Below, piece by piece: positions 25,596 through 39,225 of a stretch of DNA of 64,000 bases. The translations under genes were made by a program, and so were the position numbers. How positions within the stretch are numbered: position 1 is the stretch's first letter; each line of letters opens with the position of its first letter. Below the pieces are notes generated by a model. It worked only from the letters and a program-made list of their open reading frames with translations, was not told the origin of the DNA and made no database searches. Source of the stretch: Vitrella brassicaformis CCMP3155 (Eukaryota; Protista; Chromerida); assembly GCA_001179505.1 (NCBI GenBank), contig CDMY01000303.1, forward strand, positions 1-64,000. Reading direction: 5' to 3'.

Positions 25596-27260
25596 GTGGC
25601 GCCGTGGTGGTGGTGGCGGTGGTAGTGGTGGTGTCTGCTGAGCGAGGGGGAGGGCTGCAGTGGCGGGAAGGACGAGATCCGTACCAACCTGACGGCACAC
25701 ACCCACGGAGGCACAGCAGATGGAGGCAATGCACGTGTGTGGATGTTGAGACATGTGCGCAATCAACTGTTTCCCTCGTGCCCTCGGTGTGTACCTTGGT
25801 CTGCAGCACTCGGAGACCTGACGGAGCGGAGATCGGCACGAGATGCGCCGATGGATGTGCAACTGCCTCACACCCACACACACAGAGAGGGAGGGGAGGG
25901 GAAAGGCCGGATGATGCCGTGCGATGCTGTGGGCGGATGGAGCCTCTCTGTCTGTCTCTCTCTCTGCCTTTCTGTCCGCCTTCCTAGGCAGATCTGGCAG
26001 CTCTTTGTGAGGGAGTGCCCACGCACCTCTACGTGGGCGATATGGCAGACCAGCGCACCTCTATCACTGCCCCAACGCTAAGACGCTCACGGAAGGCGCG
26101 TCAAATCTCAAATCCGCCTCTCTCCGACTCGATCGCGCAAATTTCCGTTCGTCGAAAGAAGAGGTCCGCACCTGCACACCGACAACGGCGGCAAGAAGGC
26201 GCATTTGGTCAAGCACAACCGCACAGGCAGACAGCAGCGACGCACCTGATCTGACGACGCTGTGTGTGCAGCGGAGGGGACACCACAAGCGCCGTTCGTC
26301 CACTGGCCTGGCCGCACCACCGACGCAAGCAGCAGATGACCAACAAGCCCTGATCAACGATGTGGGCAACTGAGAGATTTCGGCGAGCGCGCCAGACGGC
26401 GCATGAGAGTGCATTATGCGGCTGCTGTCCATGGGATGCCATCGGCGAAGTGCCTTGGCGGCCACCGCGGCTGACCGCCACTGCATCAGAGGAGCAAGAC
26501 CTCAGGGACCCTCTTACACGGCCGCTGTCCATCGACGTCTTCAGTCAGTTGACTTGGCTGGAGAGACCGGCGAGCCCCCGGGCGGCAAGGGCGGTGCTGC
26601 AGTAATGAGCTAGCCGTGTCTGAGAGGCCAACGGGACGCCGTGTGGGTCACCAGACGAGAGGGATGAGCGGAGCAAATGAGCACACTGTCAGGTGAGCGA
26701 AGAAGGTAAAGTGAGAAGGTGAGCCATCAATCCACAGCATCAGTCACATCTCACGGCATCCTCGGTGTCTGACTGTGTCCGGGAGGATTGGACGGGAGCG
26801 AGATCTGCTCATTTGCGAGCCTAGCTCGCAGACGGAAGGAAAGGATTGTCGAGACCTTTTGTGTTGTTTGTGTTCAACAGGGAGTTTAGGAATTGGCGTG
26901 GGTGTGGCGATCTGAAAGGGGGAGCGGTGATCCGACGCTTTGTTGACTTGCACGGCTTCTGAAGGCTCTAAGGCCTCAGCGCTTTTTCGGTAAGGGGGAG
27001 CCCATCAGAGCCGCACGCACACGCACCTGTGGCTGTGGTGCTGCGGTGCGTCGCTTCCCTTATCAGCAGAGTGTGTGTGAGTGCGCCATCGGCCGGAGTC
27101 GAGAGAGAGGAGCCGCCAGCCGCACGTCCAGCGGTCTTTTTGCCGAGCAGATCTGTGCTTGTTCCGTGGGTCAGCTGCGCAACACAACACAGCACTGCAC
27201 TGTGACTGCAGCGGCCATTGGAAAGACACGTCTCCTTTTCCTGTGTGCGGTTTCTTTCAG

Positions 27261-27540
27261 GTTGCGGCCAATTTGGTTGCGGCTGCACACGACAAGGCAA
27301 GGTCAGAGCTGGATGGCAAGCTCAAAGATATCGACCGCTGCAAAAAGCCAGATGGTCCATCAGAAAGCCATCTTTCTGCACAGAAAAGACAGCTCTATGC
27401 CACAGCAAGACAGCTTTCTGCACAGAAAGACGGCTTTCTCGAGGTCCAGACAGCTCGCTGAGGCAGAAAGACATCTTTGGGGCGACTGAAGTCATCAAGC
27501 GACTGAGAGCCATTCAGCAGTCACGTGATGATAATGTAGA
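27261..27540 (+). pseudogene. Possible degraded coiled-coil exon at the distal edge of the array
   Basis: After a tttcag acceptor it reads VAANLVAAAHDKARSELDGKLKDID...LSAQKRQLYATARQLSAQK, then helical text continues only in other frames (RQLAEAERHL; EVIKRLRAIQQ). Contains an internal TTTCTGCACAGAAA repeat. Confidence 0.3.
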
Positions 27541-28622
27541 TATTGGCTTGCATGTGTGAGAGTCTGAGTGACTGTCTGAGTGACTGTCTGTCTGTCTGGT
27601 CTGGTGTGCCATGGATGGATGGTGTGAATGGACGGCTTGCAGAGACCCTCGATGGCCAGTTGACGCTTCAATGCATGTCTGTGTGCGTGTGAGTGGGGAG
27701 CGTCGAAGCAGCTGGACATGTAGCTCAGCGGCTGATGCCTCGAGAGACAGGCAGCCGTCAGACTGATCAGCGTGCTGCAAGTGGTGAATCAGTGAGTATT
27801 GATCAGCGATCAGTGCATGTCATCTGTTCATTCATTCGTTCTGCTTGTGGTGTGAAAGCCCTGGACTGTTGGAGCAAATGTGTAGCATTCATTGTCAATG
27901 ATTCATGGAGAGGCTGTGGCAAGCCCAGGAGAGTAGCATCAGTGCAGGCTGCACGCATGTGTTGCTTGGTTGTCATGTGGCGTGCTTGATTAATGCAGAC
28001 TGCAGGCTGCTGCCCTCATTCAATCACTTCCTGGCCATTCTCGAGTCTGTTTGAATGAGAAGGAGTCTGTTTCTCCTAAGAACGTGTTTCACCGGCAGAA
28101 AAACTTCCACATGGAGAGCGATTCCTTCACCTATCGAAAAGTTCGCTCGGCGAGTTTGATGGTGAAGACCAACAGTGATTGTGTGACGTTGCATATTGAA
28201 CGAAATGACTGGGCTCACATCCATTCATTCGATTGATTGACACAGAAGACATCTCGCAGAGCCGACAGATGGATGGATGGATCAATGAATGAGTGGACAG
28301 ACACACACTAGCCGCCTCCCCCCCTCCCTCCCTCCCTCCCTGCCTACCTGCACAACTAAGAGCCACGCCTGTCGACCTGTCTGTCACCTGGCTGCCCTCA
28401 AGCTGCGGAGTCTCCGTCTACCTCTCATACAGACAGACAGACAGACACGCCGTTGGCCCCATCCCCCCTCTCTCCCTTGCAATGAGTGCAAGTCAGTCAG
28501 CACGTATGTATGTATGTATCTACAGCACACGCTACATCAACCATCAGCCAGATCATTGCGGCTCGCTTCGGCTCCGCTCAGCTACACATCGATCTGGAGA
28601 GAGATGCGGCGCCCCTCTATCA

Positions 28623-31600
28623 CTAGTTAGTCGCCTCTTCTGCCCCTCCCCCTCCCTCTCGCTCTCGCTCTCGCTCCACGGCCATCTCCGCCTGATCAGC
28701 CCCGCCCTCCTGCACCACAGCCATGTCGACGTCGCCGTCGCCACCCTTCTGCCCCTCGCCCTGCTGTTGCTGAGGATCCAGCCCACAGAGAAGTGTCGGC
28801 ACAATGCGGCGCTTGGGCTGCTTGCCGTCGGTCTGCTGCTGGGGGGCAACGGCGTCGATGGCCATCTGCTGCTGCTGCTCCTGCTGCTGCTGGTTGGTGG
28901 TGTTGGTGTTGGTGTTGTTGGTCGCTTTGTGTTTGTTGGGTTGCTTGCCTGGCTGCGGCCCCTTGAGGGGAGGGGTCTTGGAGAAGGCGCCGATGGGCGG
29001 AACTGGTCAGCCACACACATGGAAGAAACGGATGGTGATTCGGGAGGGCTATGAGGGCTCAGTTGTGTTGTATGAGTGACCACATGGTGGAGTGGATGTG
29101 TCAATCAACGTGTGAATGTGTGTGTCTATGTGAATGTCACCCACGCACCCACCCGATGTGAGGACCTCTCCGAGCTCGCCCTCCTCGAAATACACGTAGC
29201 TAACGTACCTGCACCGAAAGGACAGACAGATCCGAGTGTACTTCTCTTACTTGATGGACTGACTCATCCATGGTTCGTTCCCCCACCCACTTACCCATCG
29301 CTAGATGACACGGCGAGCACTCGACCGTCACTCGACCTGACCAGCAATCGACAGACAGACAGATGCGTACGTACGTGCATGGCGCAACGAACGATCCAGT
29401 TGGTTGACGGTGCGGTGTCTGTCTGTCCTGCTCACCAGGCCGCGTCAGTGAGGCCCATCCAGTGGTGGCCGCGGACAAACGCTATGGGAATCGTCCGCTG
29501 CACACACACATTTCATTCAGAAAAGAGCGAGTGATTGAGTGAGTGACGGACAAACGGACAAACACCTGTCCGTGTGTGTGGTGGTGAACCACCCAAATCT
29601 GTCTGTCTCCCTGTCTTCTCTGGGCGACTCACCTCACCTACCTCTGTGTTGTAGATGTAGACATTGCCGGTGATGTTGATGACGGCGAAGACGTACATGG
29701 GCGGCCCCACGTAGCCCCCGTCGCCCTCCACCACCGTCCACTTGCCCCTCTCGCCCATCCCGCCCTTGACCCCCTCGACACCACCCCCACTGCCACTGCC
29801 GGCAGCCATGCTAATGCGCGGAGAGCTCCCGCCACCCATGTCAGGCAGCTCAGCCAGCACCTTGCCCACGTACTGCGATATGTCACCGCCATCCGCCCCC
29901 GCCCCCGCCATCTCGTTCTCCTTGTCTTTGTCTTGCCCTTGCTTCTCGCCGCCTGCATTGCCCTCGCCGTCTTTTCCCTCGGCTTGCATTGCCTGTGCGA
30001 GTGAGGGGCTGTACGTGGGCAGCGTGTGGTCGGGGGGATACGCCCAAGACGGCATGTGCGTCACGGCTGGAGGGGCGGGTGCAGCCGCTGCCGCTGCTGC
30101 TGCCGCTGCAGACGAGGATGAGGATGAGGCCGCCTCTGCGTCGCATTTCTTGGCGGCGACCTTGGCGCTCTTGAAGGTCAGGGGGCAGAAGCGGATGCCT
30201 ACCGCGGCGGAGTCGGGCAGAGGGATGCACAGAGAGGGCCTGCAGATACACACACACCCATAGGCAGCCAGGCACAGAGCAAAGTGCATGATACCCTATC
30301 TCTGCATGCGCATCGACCTGCCGAGCCATTCATTCATTGTTGGTCGCGTACCGTTTCATCTGCCCCCGATGAAACACGAGCGTGGCGGGAAGCGCCTTGG
30401 TGTCCTTGAGCACGGCACCGGCCCCCTTGTCGCCATCGCTGACCTCCATCGCCTCACCACCGTCGGGCACATCAACAGACATACTGTTGTTGCCGGCCTT
30501 GGCCTTGGCCTCGTCCGTCTGGCCGTCGGCTGGTGCAGCGGCTGCTGCTGCTACTGCTGCTTGTGAGGGTGAGGGTGAGGGCGCCCTGGCACTGCCCTTC
30601 TTGCCCTGCTTCTTCTTCTTGTCATTGTTGGTCTTCTTTTTTGCCGGTTTGCGGGCCTCCTCCATCCGCCGCTGGAAGCGCTCGGCGTTGTGGGCCATCA
30701 ACTCACGGCCCGACGGCATGTTGCTCAGGGAATACTGACCTGAGCAAAGCCAGAGACAGAGAGAGAGAGAGAGAGAGACGGCAGTACGGTGCTTAAGTGA
30801 AGGGATGGATGGCTGCGTGTGTGGTGCGAGGGAGGCGGTGCGGTCCTCCCTACCGCTTGGAGTGAGGAAGAAGGAGCCGTCGGGGGACCAGTCTGGGCGA
30901 CGAACGAGCCTGATGCATGCACAGGCAGACATGCACAAAACAAACGGATGGGTACGCTACGCTATGCGACACACAACCTTCTTCATGCAGCTAGCTGATG
31001 GCATGTGATGTGTAGTGGGTGCAATTGCAATTCTTACGAGGGGCATGCGGATGAGCTGAGGAAGAGGTTGACCTGCTTGGTGCGGGCGGCCTCCTCGTCC
31101 TCACACTCGTCCTCGTTGTCCTCGTCGTCATCCTCACTCTACAACCACCCAACCACCCAGCAATTACACATCAACGAACGAATCGGTCAGTAACTCAGGG
31201 ATGTGGGCAGAAGTGTGTGTGCTGTGACACGGTCACACGGATGGGGCCATACGTACCGTTCTCTTTTTCTTCATCCTGTTGTTCTCAGGGTCGGTGCCAT
31301 CGAGCGACACCTTGGCCTTGCCTAGCCTCTCCTGGACACAACAACACAACACACAACACACCACTACGTATGCCACACCATCACCATGAACAACACCATC
31401 CTAAGCACAGGCGGGAGGGAGGGAGGGGGGAGAGGGGGCCTACGATTGCTGTGCTGCGGAACTTCCTTTTGTCCTTGAGTTTGGTCCAGACTTTGACACT
31501 GCACCCCATCCATGTGTCCATCCATCCATCCACCAGACAAGTGCAGGCAGACAGACAGACAGACAGACGTGACCGGCGGTTCGGTTGGTAGGTACTTGAG

Positions 31601-32740
31601 GGCGTTTCGTGTCTGTGGGTATGGTGTGGCGCACATGTGTGCTCGCGTACGTACGTTTTGTCCGAGCTTTGCGTGACCAGGAATTGGCTGTGTGGGTCCC
31701 ACGTGACGCCCATGACCGTCTCGTTGTGGTCCGACAGCGTAACAACCGCCCGGGCTGACCACACACAACACACACATCACACTCGCGTATCCATCCATCC
31801 ATCCATCCGTCGCTGTGCATCCATCGCACCACCGTCAACGACATCCACGACGAAGGTCTGGCTCGGAGTCCCATCGCACCCCACAGCTATGTACCGGCCG
31901 CACGGACTCCACGCCAGACACCACGCCATGGCGTTCGTCCTGATGGATTGATAGATGGGCAACACGCGCACGGCACGGCACGCACACGCCTGTCCGTCCG
32001 TCACGTCCACTGTCTGTCTGTCGCTCTCGTGTAGTGTGTGTGCGTGTGAGTGACCTGAAGGTCCCGCTCTCTTTCCAGTACTCGTCGAAATCGTAGACGG
32101 CATCCTCGCCGAACGCTGCACGGTACTCGCTCCGCTTCCGCTGCTGCCAAAACACCACAGTACCATCTGACACACACACACACACACACACGACACTCAC
32201 ACACACGACGCTCACACACAAACACAAACACACGTCACATGGATGCGATGCACCCACGCACATTCACGGACGGGGGCAGGGCAGGTGTGTGTGAGCTTGC
32301 CTGATCCCGCCGATGCAAGTGTGGATCCGTCGGGTGACCATCTGACGGTGTTGATGTCCTTGCCCTGCTCGTGGCGCGACAGCTTGGCCAGTATCTTGAC
32401 TGGCGGGTCCTCATCGCCACCCAGCACCTCCCAGATCTGCGCACATCGGCACACGGATAACAACACACGCAGATAGATCCACAGACAGATGGATGCGTGT
32501 GTGTCCATCCGCCATCCGCACGGTGCAGCCAGCCACGTAGAGTACGTGTATGTCATTGTCGGCTCCGCATGTGGCGAGTCGTCTGCTGCCGTACTGGAAG
32601 TCGAGCGATGCCACCCGCTCCGCTGACCCCCTGGGAGCCTGGTCCTTGCCGCCCTTCTTGTCGGGCTTGGTGCTGCTGCCGGGCCGCTCCTTCTTGAACG
32701 CCTCACTGTGGTACAACACCTCAGGCGTCCTCACCCGCAT
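28623..32740 (-). CDS. CHAF1B: Chromatin assembly factor 1 subunit B (p60/Cac2), WD40 protein
   Basis: N-terminus MRVRTPEVLYH...VASLDFQYGSRRLATCGADNDIH/IWEV; LSRHEQGKDINTVRWSPDGSTLASAG; HNETVMGVTWDPHSQFLVTQSSDKT; RRPDWSPDGSFFLTPSG; C-terminal KRRIVPTLL (B-domain-like). HIRA is the main alternative assignment. Confidence 0.85.
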
Positions 32741-33181
32741 GGCTGCTGCCAAACTTTGACGCTACTCAATTTGACCTACACAAACCGCTCTCCATCATCT
32801 CGCGAGAAGGACACCGCAGAGCCGTTTGTGTAGGCGTAAGATCTAACAAGCGGGCGGAAAGAGCGGAACTTTTGGCCCTCGAAACACTTTCTCACCCGAG
32901 GCGCGCTGTGTAAACGGAAAAACGGAGAAAGCCGAGGAATGGTAGAGAGACAGAACAGACAAGGCGTCGTGCAAGGCATACACACAAGTCCATTTCTTTC
33001 TGCTTCAGGCATTTTTCGGCGTGCCCGAGCACTCCGTTGAGGAACAAGGTGGGTGAAGGCACTACGCGAGGGGCTGAGCACACCAACGCACATGCATCAC
33101 ATCGCTTCAGCACACATGCATGTGACTGTGCTACATATGTATATATTCATGTGTTTGTCGGTAGCGGTAGTCGGCCAGGCC

Positions 33182-36100
33182 ATGTCGGGCGTCTCCGGTT
33201 CCCGCCCGCCCCCATCGTCGTCATCGTCAGCCCACCCCCTTGTGTCGAGCGAGGTGGTCATGTTCCTGCTGTATGTGGACCAGATCAAGCTCCTCGAGCA
33301 TTTCCCCTTACTCACGTGGCACTGCGTCTGCAGGTGGTATGTAGGTGAGTGGGTACGGAAGGGAACACCACACAGCACAGCCGTCGTGAGTCAGTCAATG
33401 GACGGGTGGATAGATGGACGGCTGTGTGCGTGTCTGTGTTGTGTGTGTCTGTGTTGTGTGTGTGGTCAGATTCTGCGCATGAGGTGTCTCGTGAGTTCAC
33501 CTTTGAGCGCGACATCGTCGAGTTGGGATTCTGCAGCTTCCTCGTCATTCCTGTCAAACGGGTACGTAGCACAGAATGGCATGCATCAAACACGGACACA
33601 CAATGGCATCCATCCATCCCACACACACATGCATGTCTATGTCTTATGTCATATATATGTCCTTCCTGCTTTTCGTTCCTCTCAGCTGCCGACCGGCAAA
33701 ATCCTCTCGCGGAAAGTGTCGCTCACCCTTTCATTCGTCAGGCGATCGATGGGGAACGAAAATCGCCCGCACTCAACTAACTACGTGCCTCCGCAATCGG
33801 TGTTGTTCTATCTGTGTGCCCATTTAGGCAAATGGTGAGCACATTGCCGTGGCCTTCCTCGACCTCAAGGACTTCGGATGCACAGAAAAGTTCAAACGCT
33901 GCACAGGTGAGGTGGGCAGAAGATGGAATACGTCATGTCCGAAACCACGAAGCCACCCACTGTCTCCCTCCCTCCCGCTGTGTGTCCGTTGCTTGCTCTC
34001 GTCGGTTCCAGTTGAGCTCAAGAACCAGGCGGGCGTCTTCGCCGTTGTCCAGGTAGGTATGCATACCATCCGCAAACACAATGAGTGATACATAGACAGA
34101 CAAACTGGAGCCACATCCATCCTTCCACACGACCTTTCTTGTCCTCTTCCTCCCTGCCTTATTCACGCACCAGTTGTATTCGGCATCCCAGAAGCGTTGG
34201 GAGGGCTCGCCGGTGCAGCGGCCCCCCGACCCGTCCAAAGGCGCCTTCGTGTCGCCCGAGCGAGACGCACAGGCCGACTACCTCTTCCAACACATCACAG
34301 GGGGAGGCGGCCCGCCACCACCGGGGGCTGCTGAGACGAGGGCAGGGACAGAGGCGAGGGATCAAGTGCAGCGGACGGACCACGGTCAGTCAGGGAATCG
34401 ACCCACTTACACCCTCGTTGGCTGAGGCTTTACCTGCCATGTGTTTTTCGTGGTTGTGGTTGTGTAGATGAGCCTTCCATTTCTGGACCAGGGGAAAGAC
34501 GCACCGGTGTGTGTGTGTTTTCTGTGATGGCTATAGCGCCTACTGATATGTGTGCGAGCTGGGAAACCACCCTCTTTTATGTGTGTGTGTGTGTGTGTGG
34601 ATCAGGTCGGCCAATGCCTGTGGGACGGCGCAACAACAAGAAAGATGCGCCAGTGAGGGGCACATCGCAGGCATCCCCAGCATCGGCAGCAGCAGCAGGA
34701 GCAGGAGTACCATCAGCTGCAGGAGGGGGCAGAGACGATAGACGGATAAGGCAAGGACAAAGAGCACGAGATGACAGTGATCAGATCAGATCACACCACT
34801 CCGTATTGAATGCATGCCTTTGTGTGTCCGTGTCCGCGATCAGCATGAGTTCAGCCGACCAGCTGCTGTCCGAGATCCTCCGAGAGGAAGCCGTTGCTTC
34901 CGCTGCTGCCGCTGCTGGTGGTGGGAGCCACTCATCCGACCAGCCAAGTAACAGATGCAGACACAGAGGCACACGTGTGCCTATCCTATCCTCCTTTGCT
35001 CCACAGTGAGCGCCCCTGCAGGTGCATCTGGTGCTGATGGCCCTTCTGGAGCCACTGCGGCACCGCCACCTCAACACGCGGACGACGAGGCAGCAGGCGG
35101 CAGTATAGAGCAGAAGAAGCAGGAGGAGCATCGGCCTGCTGCTGCCAGTGAGAGAAGCGGGGAGCCGTCGGCACCACCTTCCGTCAGCGAAGACCCGCTA
35201 AGTACGTACGCCATCGTGTCGGCTGGTTGATGGGATGGCTACATATGATACGTAGTTGCATTCCCTCAGCACAAGATGTGAACGTCTCTCTCTCTCTTCC
35301 TCTCTCTCTCTCTCTCTCCCTGTGTGTGTGTGTGTCGTCAGGTTTGATAGACAAGCTGCTGCAGGGTGAGGCCATCCACATCGAGGGCTCGCCGGCCAGC
35401 TCACACCGCAACACAGGGGATGATGACTTGCACCACACGTGAGACACCACACCCGAACCGAGACACTTACTTCACGCAGAGAGAAAGAGACGCCACGCCC
35501 AGCTCCTCGTCTCTTTCTCGCCTGTTTAGTGTGCAGGCTCCCGACCATAGAATGGCCGGGCAGCAGGGAGGGAGGGGGGGTGGGGCTGGGGATGGGGAAG
35601 GGGGCGAGGAAGGGGCCGCAGTGGATGAGCAGCGAGGCGAAAGGTACCTCATACAGCGCCTCTCGTTAGACTCAGAAGGTGCGACCCCTCGACCGACGAA
35701 TCAATCGATCGGCTCTGTACTCTGAGCTGCGTCATGTGTTGGCATCTTTTCTGCAGGGATGGGATTGCGGCTGCGAGAGGAGGAGATCCACGCTCAGGCT
35801 CCTGTGCCACCGACGCAGCCCGAACCCACCACCAAGCCACCTTTACAGCCATCACAGCAGCCACTCCCTCTCGCCGTCCACCCACCCTCAACACACGAAA
35901 CAGCGGTGGCACCCCCACCATCGTATCCGGCCTACCCCTACTCTCCCGCCCTCGTATCTGCCGCCCCTCTGGTGGCCATCACGCCGCCCTCACCCTCAGC
36001 GCCCCTGTCTCACCCCGTCCAGCCATATCGGAGCATCACTGACGTGCGGGCAGTGCCAGTGGTGCCACTCTCAACGCAATTCCAGCAGCAGCAACAGCAG

Positions 36101-38806
36101 CAGCAGCAGCAGCAGGATCGCATTTTCAAAGTGGTTGAGAGGCCTGTCGGCCCAGCTGACAGACAGAGAGTGCGGGAGGAGGGGGGTGGTGTGCATCGTG
36201 CGGTGACGGCCCCGCCGGCCCCTCGACCATCGGCCAAGGAGGAGCACCCCACCGACTTTGCGAGCATCACATCCAGCCGATACTGGGCACATGTCCCTCT
36301 CCAGCTATCATTGCAGCCAAAGGGACAAGAAGAAGGGAATATGCAAAAAGTGCGCATCACGGGCTCGATTCCACCCAGGAAGGACGACGCGCCGACAGAG
36401 CGTCGGGATGTGTCAGAGGGGAAAGGCGGCTTGGGTGAGGACGGTGTGGGTGGCGGCGCTGCCGGGGGTGAGGAGGGCGATCGTCGTGGTGAGGTCATGA
36501 ATTTGAACCTTGACAGTGAGGACGAGCACGAGTTGGAGTTTGTGGACCCTTTCGCGGACGGTGAGGACATGCGCAAGTGGCTCAGGTACGTACGTACGTA
36601 GAATAGGAGGGAGGTTGCACAAAGAGCCTCCAGAGTCTCCACCCCCCCAAACACGGGGGGAAGAAAGAGATGGTGTGAGTGAGACATCCTGCCATCCATT
36701 CGTTTGCCCGCCTGCATCTATGCAGGTCTAACGAGGCTGTGGGGCAGCGTGCAGTGGCCGATGACCGACAGCCGAAAGAGACAGTGAGTGCACACATGGG
36801 CGGCGCCAGTGGTGTGGGCGGAAAACGTTCTGCAACCGGCTGGATGGATGTACACAGCACTCACTGCCCTCTGTCCTCTGTCGCTTTCCTGCAGGCTCTC
36901 GACAAGGATGACGACTACCTTCCCGCAAGAATCAAAGCCATCATGGTAAGGGAGGGAGGTGGTCGGGTCAAGCGCCGCACGGTATTCTGCGGGTCATCCC
37001 TTGCTCTGCCGTCCACTCAGCGGCTCCGCGAGGCCTCTCGGGAGTCACTGGAGGCCGCCCAGCAGCAGCCACTCGGCAAACTGAAAGGCCAGGGACCTGC
37101 ACCAGCCATGCTACAGCAGCACCCGACAGCCAAGGCAAGCGACCCAGCTGGCTGGCTGTGTGACACAACACACCCATCGTCTGTTTTGTTTTGCGTTGTG
37201 TGCTCGGCAGGGCCTCGCTGTGCGCGACGCCTTTCTGTCCCGCGCTGTGGATGACCGGTGGGGCTCGAGAGACCGCCATCTTGCCGAGCTGCTCATGAGG
37301 ATCAACGAGTCGAGACAAAAGCTCAAGTACTGGACTCTCACTGTACAGCTCATCGATAATGAGTATGGAGGTGCTGGATGTTGTGTCGTTCGTTCAGGAA
37401 TGAGTGGCGTCTGCTGGCCGGCCCCACGGCATGCCATGGCAGGAAAGGGGCAGCTGACGTCACCAGGCCGCCCCGTGACGCCCTGGGCTGCGTACTCGAC
37501 ACTCTCGACGTGGCCGACAAAGTCTGCTGGCAGGTGCTAACGAAGGCACACAGAGGGATACAGGCCAGGACAGGGTCCCATCGCGTGTGGATGGGATGGC
37601 GTGCAGATGTGTGTGGACCTGCTGGCCTATGGCGAGGCGCACGACGTCGACCTGGCTGAGTTTCTGACCGCAGGGATGGACGACTCAGGCAATCTGACAG
37701 GTGAAATGCCGGCATTCTTCCCACTGGTAGGTATCATGGGAGGGAGGGAGGGAGGGAGAGGGGGAAAGGTGGCCGACGTGGCTGTCTGCCTGTGTGTGTA
37801 TGCGTTGGGCACATCTCTAGGCCCATCTGGAGATGCTGGCAGCTCTCAAGGAGGAGTTTGCGGCCCTCGACCAGTCGCTGGCGCCGGACACCCACCCCCA
37901 AGGCCACCAAGAAAGGACGGACCAGCCCACCACCCAGCACCACGAGTGAGAGTAGAAAGAAGACACACGGATAACAGCACACAAAGCCATGGCACCCCAT
38001 CCGTTGACCGATCTGGTCTGGCTGCGTGTTCCATCAGGGACGCACCCCGTCCCCGTTCGCTGTCTCCTGCAAGCCGCAGCCGCGACGCATCGCCCCCGTC
38101 TCCTTTGCCAATCCTCGCCCCGCCCTCTCCACCCTCACAGCACCGCCGCGCCAAGCCGAGGCCGCCCATATCGCCTGACGCAGACGCCGAGATTCACCAT
38201 GTGCCGCACGTTCGGGAGCCGCCGAGAGCCGACAGGCCCCGTTCGTCCAGCAAGGCCGCTCCTGCACCTCTGGCACAAGAGGCGGCGCCTCCATGTATCG
38301 GGGGCGGTGGCGGGCAGGGAAAGGGGCAGAGACACAGTGGGCGAGGGGAGGAGGACGGTGGTCGTGGGGGTGTCTCCCCCTCACCAAGGTCGCCAACATC
38401 GCCGGGTGCCAAGTACAGGGCTATCATGGACAAGCTGGACCATAGGGCGGCAAAAGGCACATCGCATGCGCACCGCAGCAAGAGAAGGGACAACAAGGAG
38501 AGACCATTGGAGAGCGGCGGCCCTTTCGCCTACACGTCGATGGATGAGGGCCCCCTGAGCGACAGCGACACGGACCCCCCGGCAGCACACGCCACAAGCG
38601 ACACCTTTGCTGCCAAGCTGAAGGAGATGCGGGCACACAAGGGCACCAGACGAGGGGGCCTCGGCAGGCACGTGCCATCCCCCGATAGGGCTGCGGTGGT
38701 CGAGAGGCAGAGGGAGAGGGAGAGGCGGGGGCTGCCGGGGGGAGGTGGGAGGATTCGCGGCAAGGGGTACCTGCCCTGTGGCAAGACACAAGAGAATCTC
38801 GTCTAG
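33182..38806 (+). CDS. Large hypothetical protein: beta-rich N-terminal domain, long low-complexity regions, central helical domain
   Basis: Chain of GT-AG-bounded coding exons: VMFLLYVDQIKLL, FTFERDIVELGFCSFLVIPVKR, EHIAVAFLDLKDFG, ELKNQAGVFAVVQ, SADQLLSEILREE, RDRHLAELLMRINESRQKLKYW and LEMLAALKEEF. Terminal Pro/Arg-rich exon stops at 38806. May be more than one gene. Confidence 0.62.
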
Positions 38807-39225
38807 TGGCTGGCGGGTGGTTGTGGCTGGCTGCGTCAGACGTCCGTGGTGGGATGAGACACATCTTGTTGTGACTATGTAGCCGCATCAAGGATATGGG
38901 CGCTTGAATCTCTGGGTATGGTGAGCTGGCATTGTCAATCGCGAGAAGCATCCATCTCGCTTGGTATGGTGCAAAACCGTCCACAGATCCCTCAGATGGA
39001 TAAAAATGCACACAGACAGACAGACAGACAGGCAGACAGACAGGCAGGAACGACATGACATCCATCGCAGGTAGGAAGGCAGGCAGGCAGTCACACAAAA
39101 CTGAGCCCAGCAGCCAGTGCACGTGCACGTGCGGCCACAGGGTCATGGTCATATGGTACATTATATAGACTCATGGATGGATGGATGGATGGACCCAACG
39201 CAACTCGCCGGCAAGGCAACGTCCG

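Larger units (their letters stand above)
12383..27260. repeat. Tandem segmental duplication, at least 3 copies: A about 12383-18863, B about 19348-23178, C about 23479-27260
   Basis: Directly visible near-identical blocks: 12419-12550 matches 19383-19514; 13400-15256 matches 20900-22706; 15557-18860 matches 23894-27240; 22494-23178 matches 23479-24167. Confidence 0.93.

Noticed and set aside
12383-27260. Transposon or prophage
   Set aside because: No transposase, reverse transcriptase, integrase, LTR or TIR seen; it behaves as a segmental duplication of intron-containing genes.
28024-28236. Short overlapping ORFs on both strands (61-66 aa)
   Set aside because: No motif, splice context or homology recognised.
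32745-32785. Paired TTTGAC/GTCAAA motifs upstream of CAF-1 p60 (also at about 17717 and 26099)
   Set aside because: A six-mer with too few independent occurrences to distinguish from chance.
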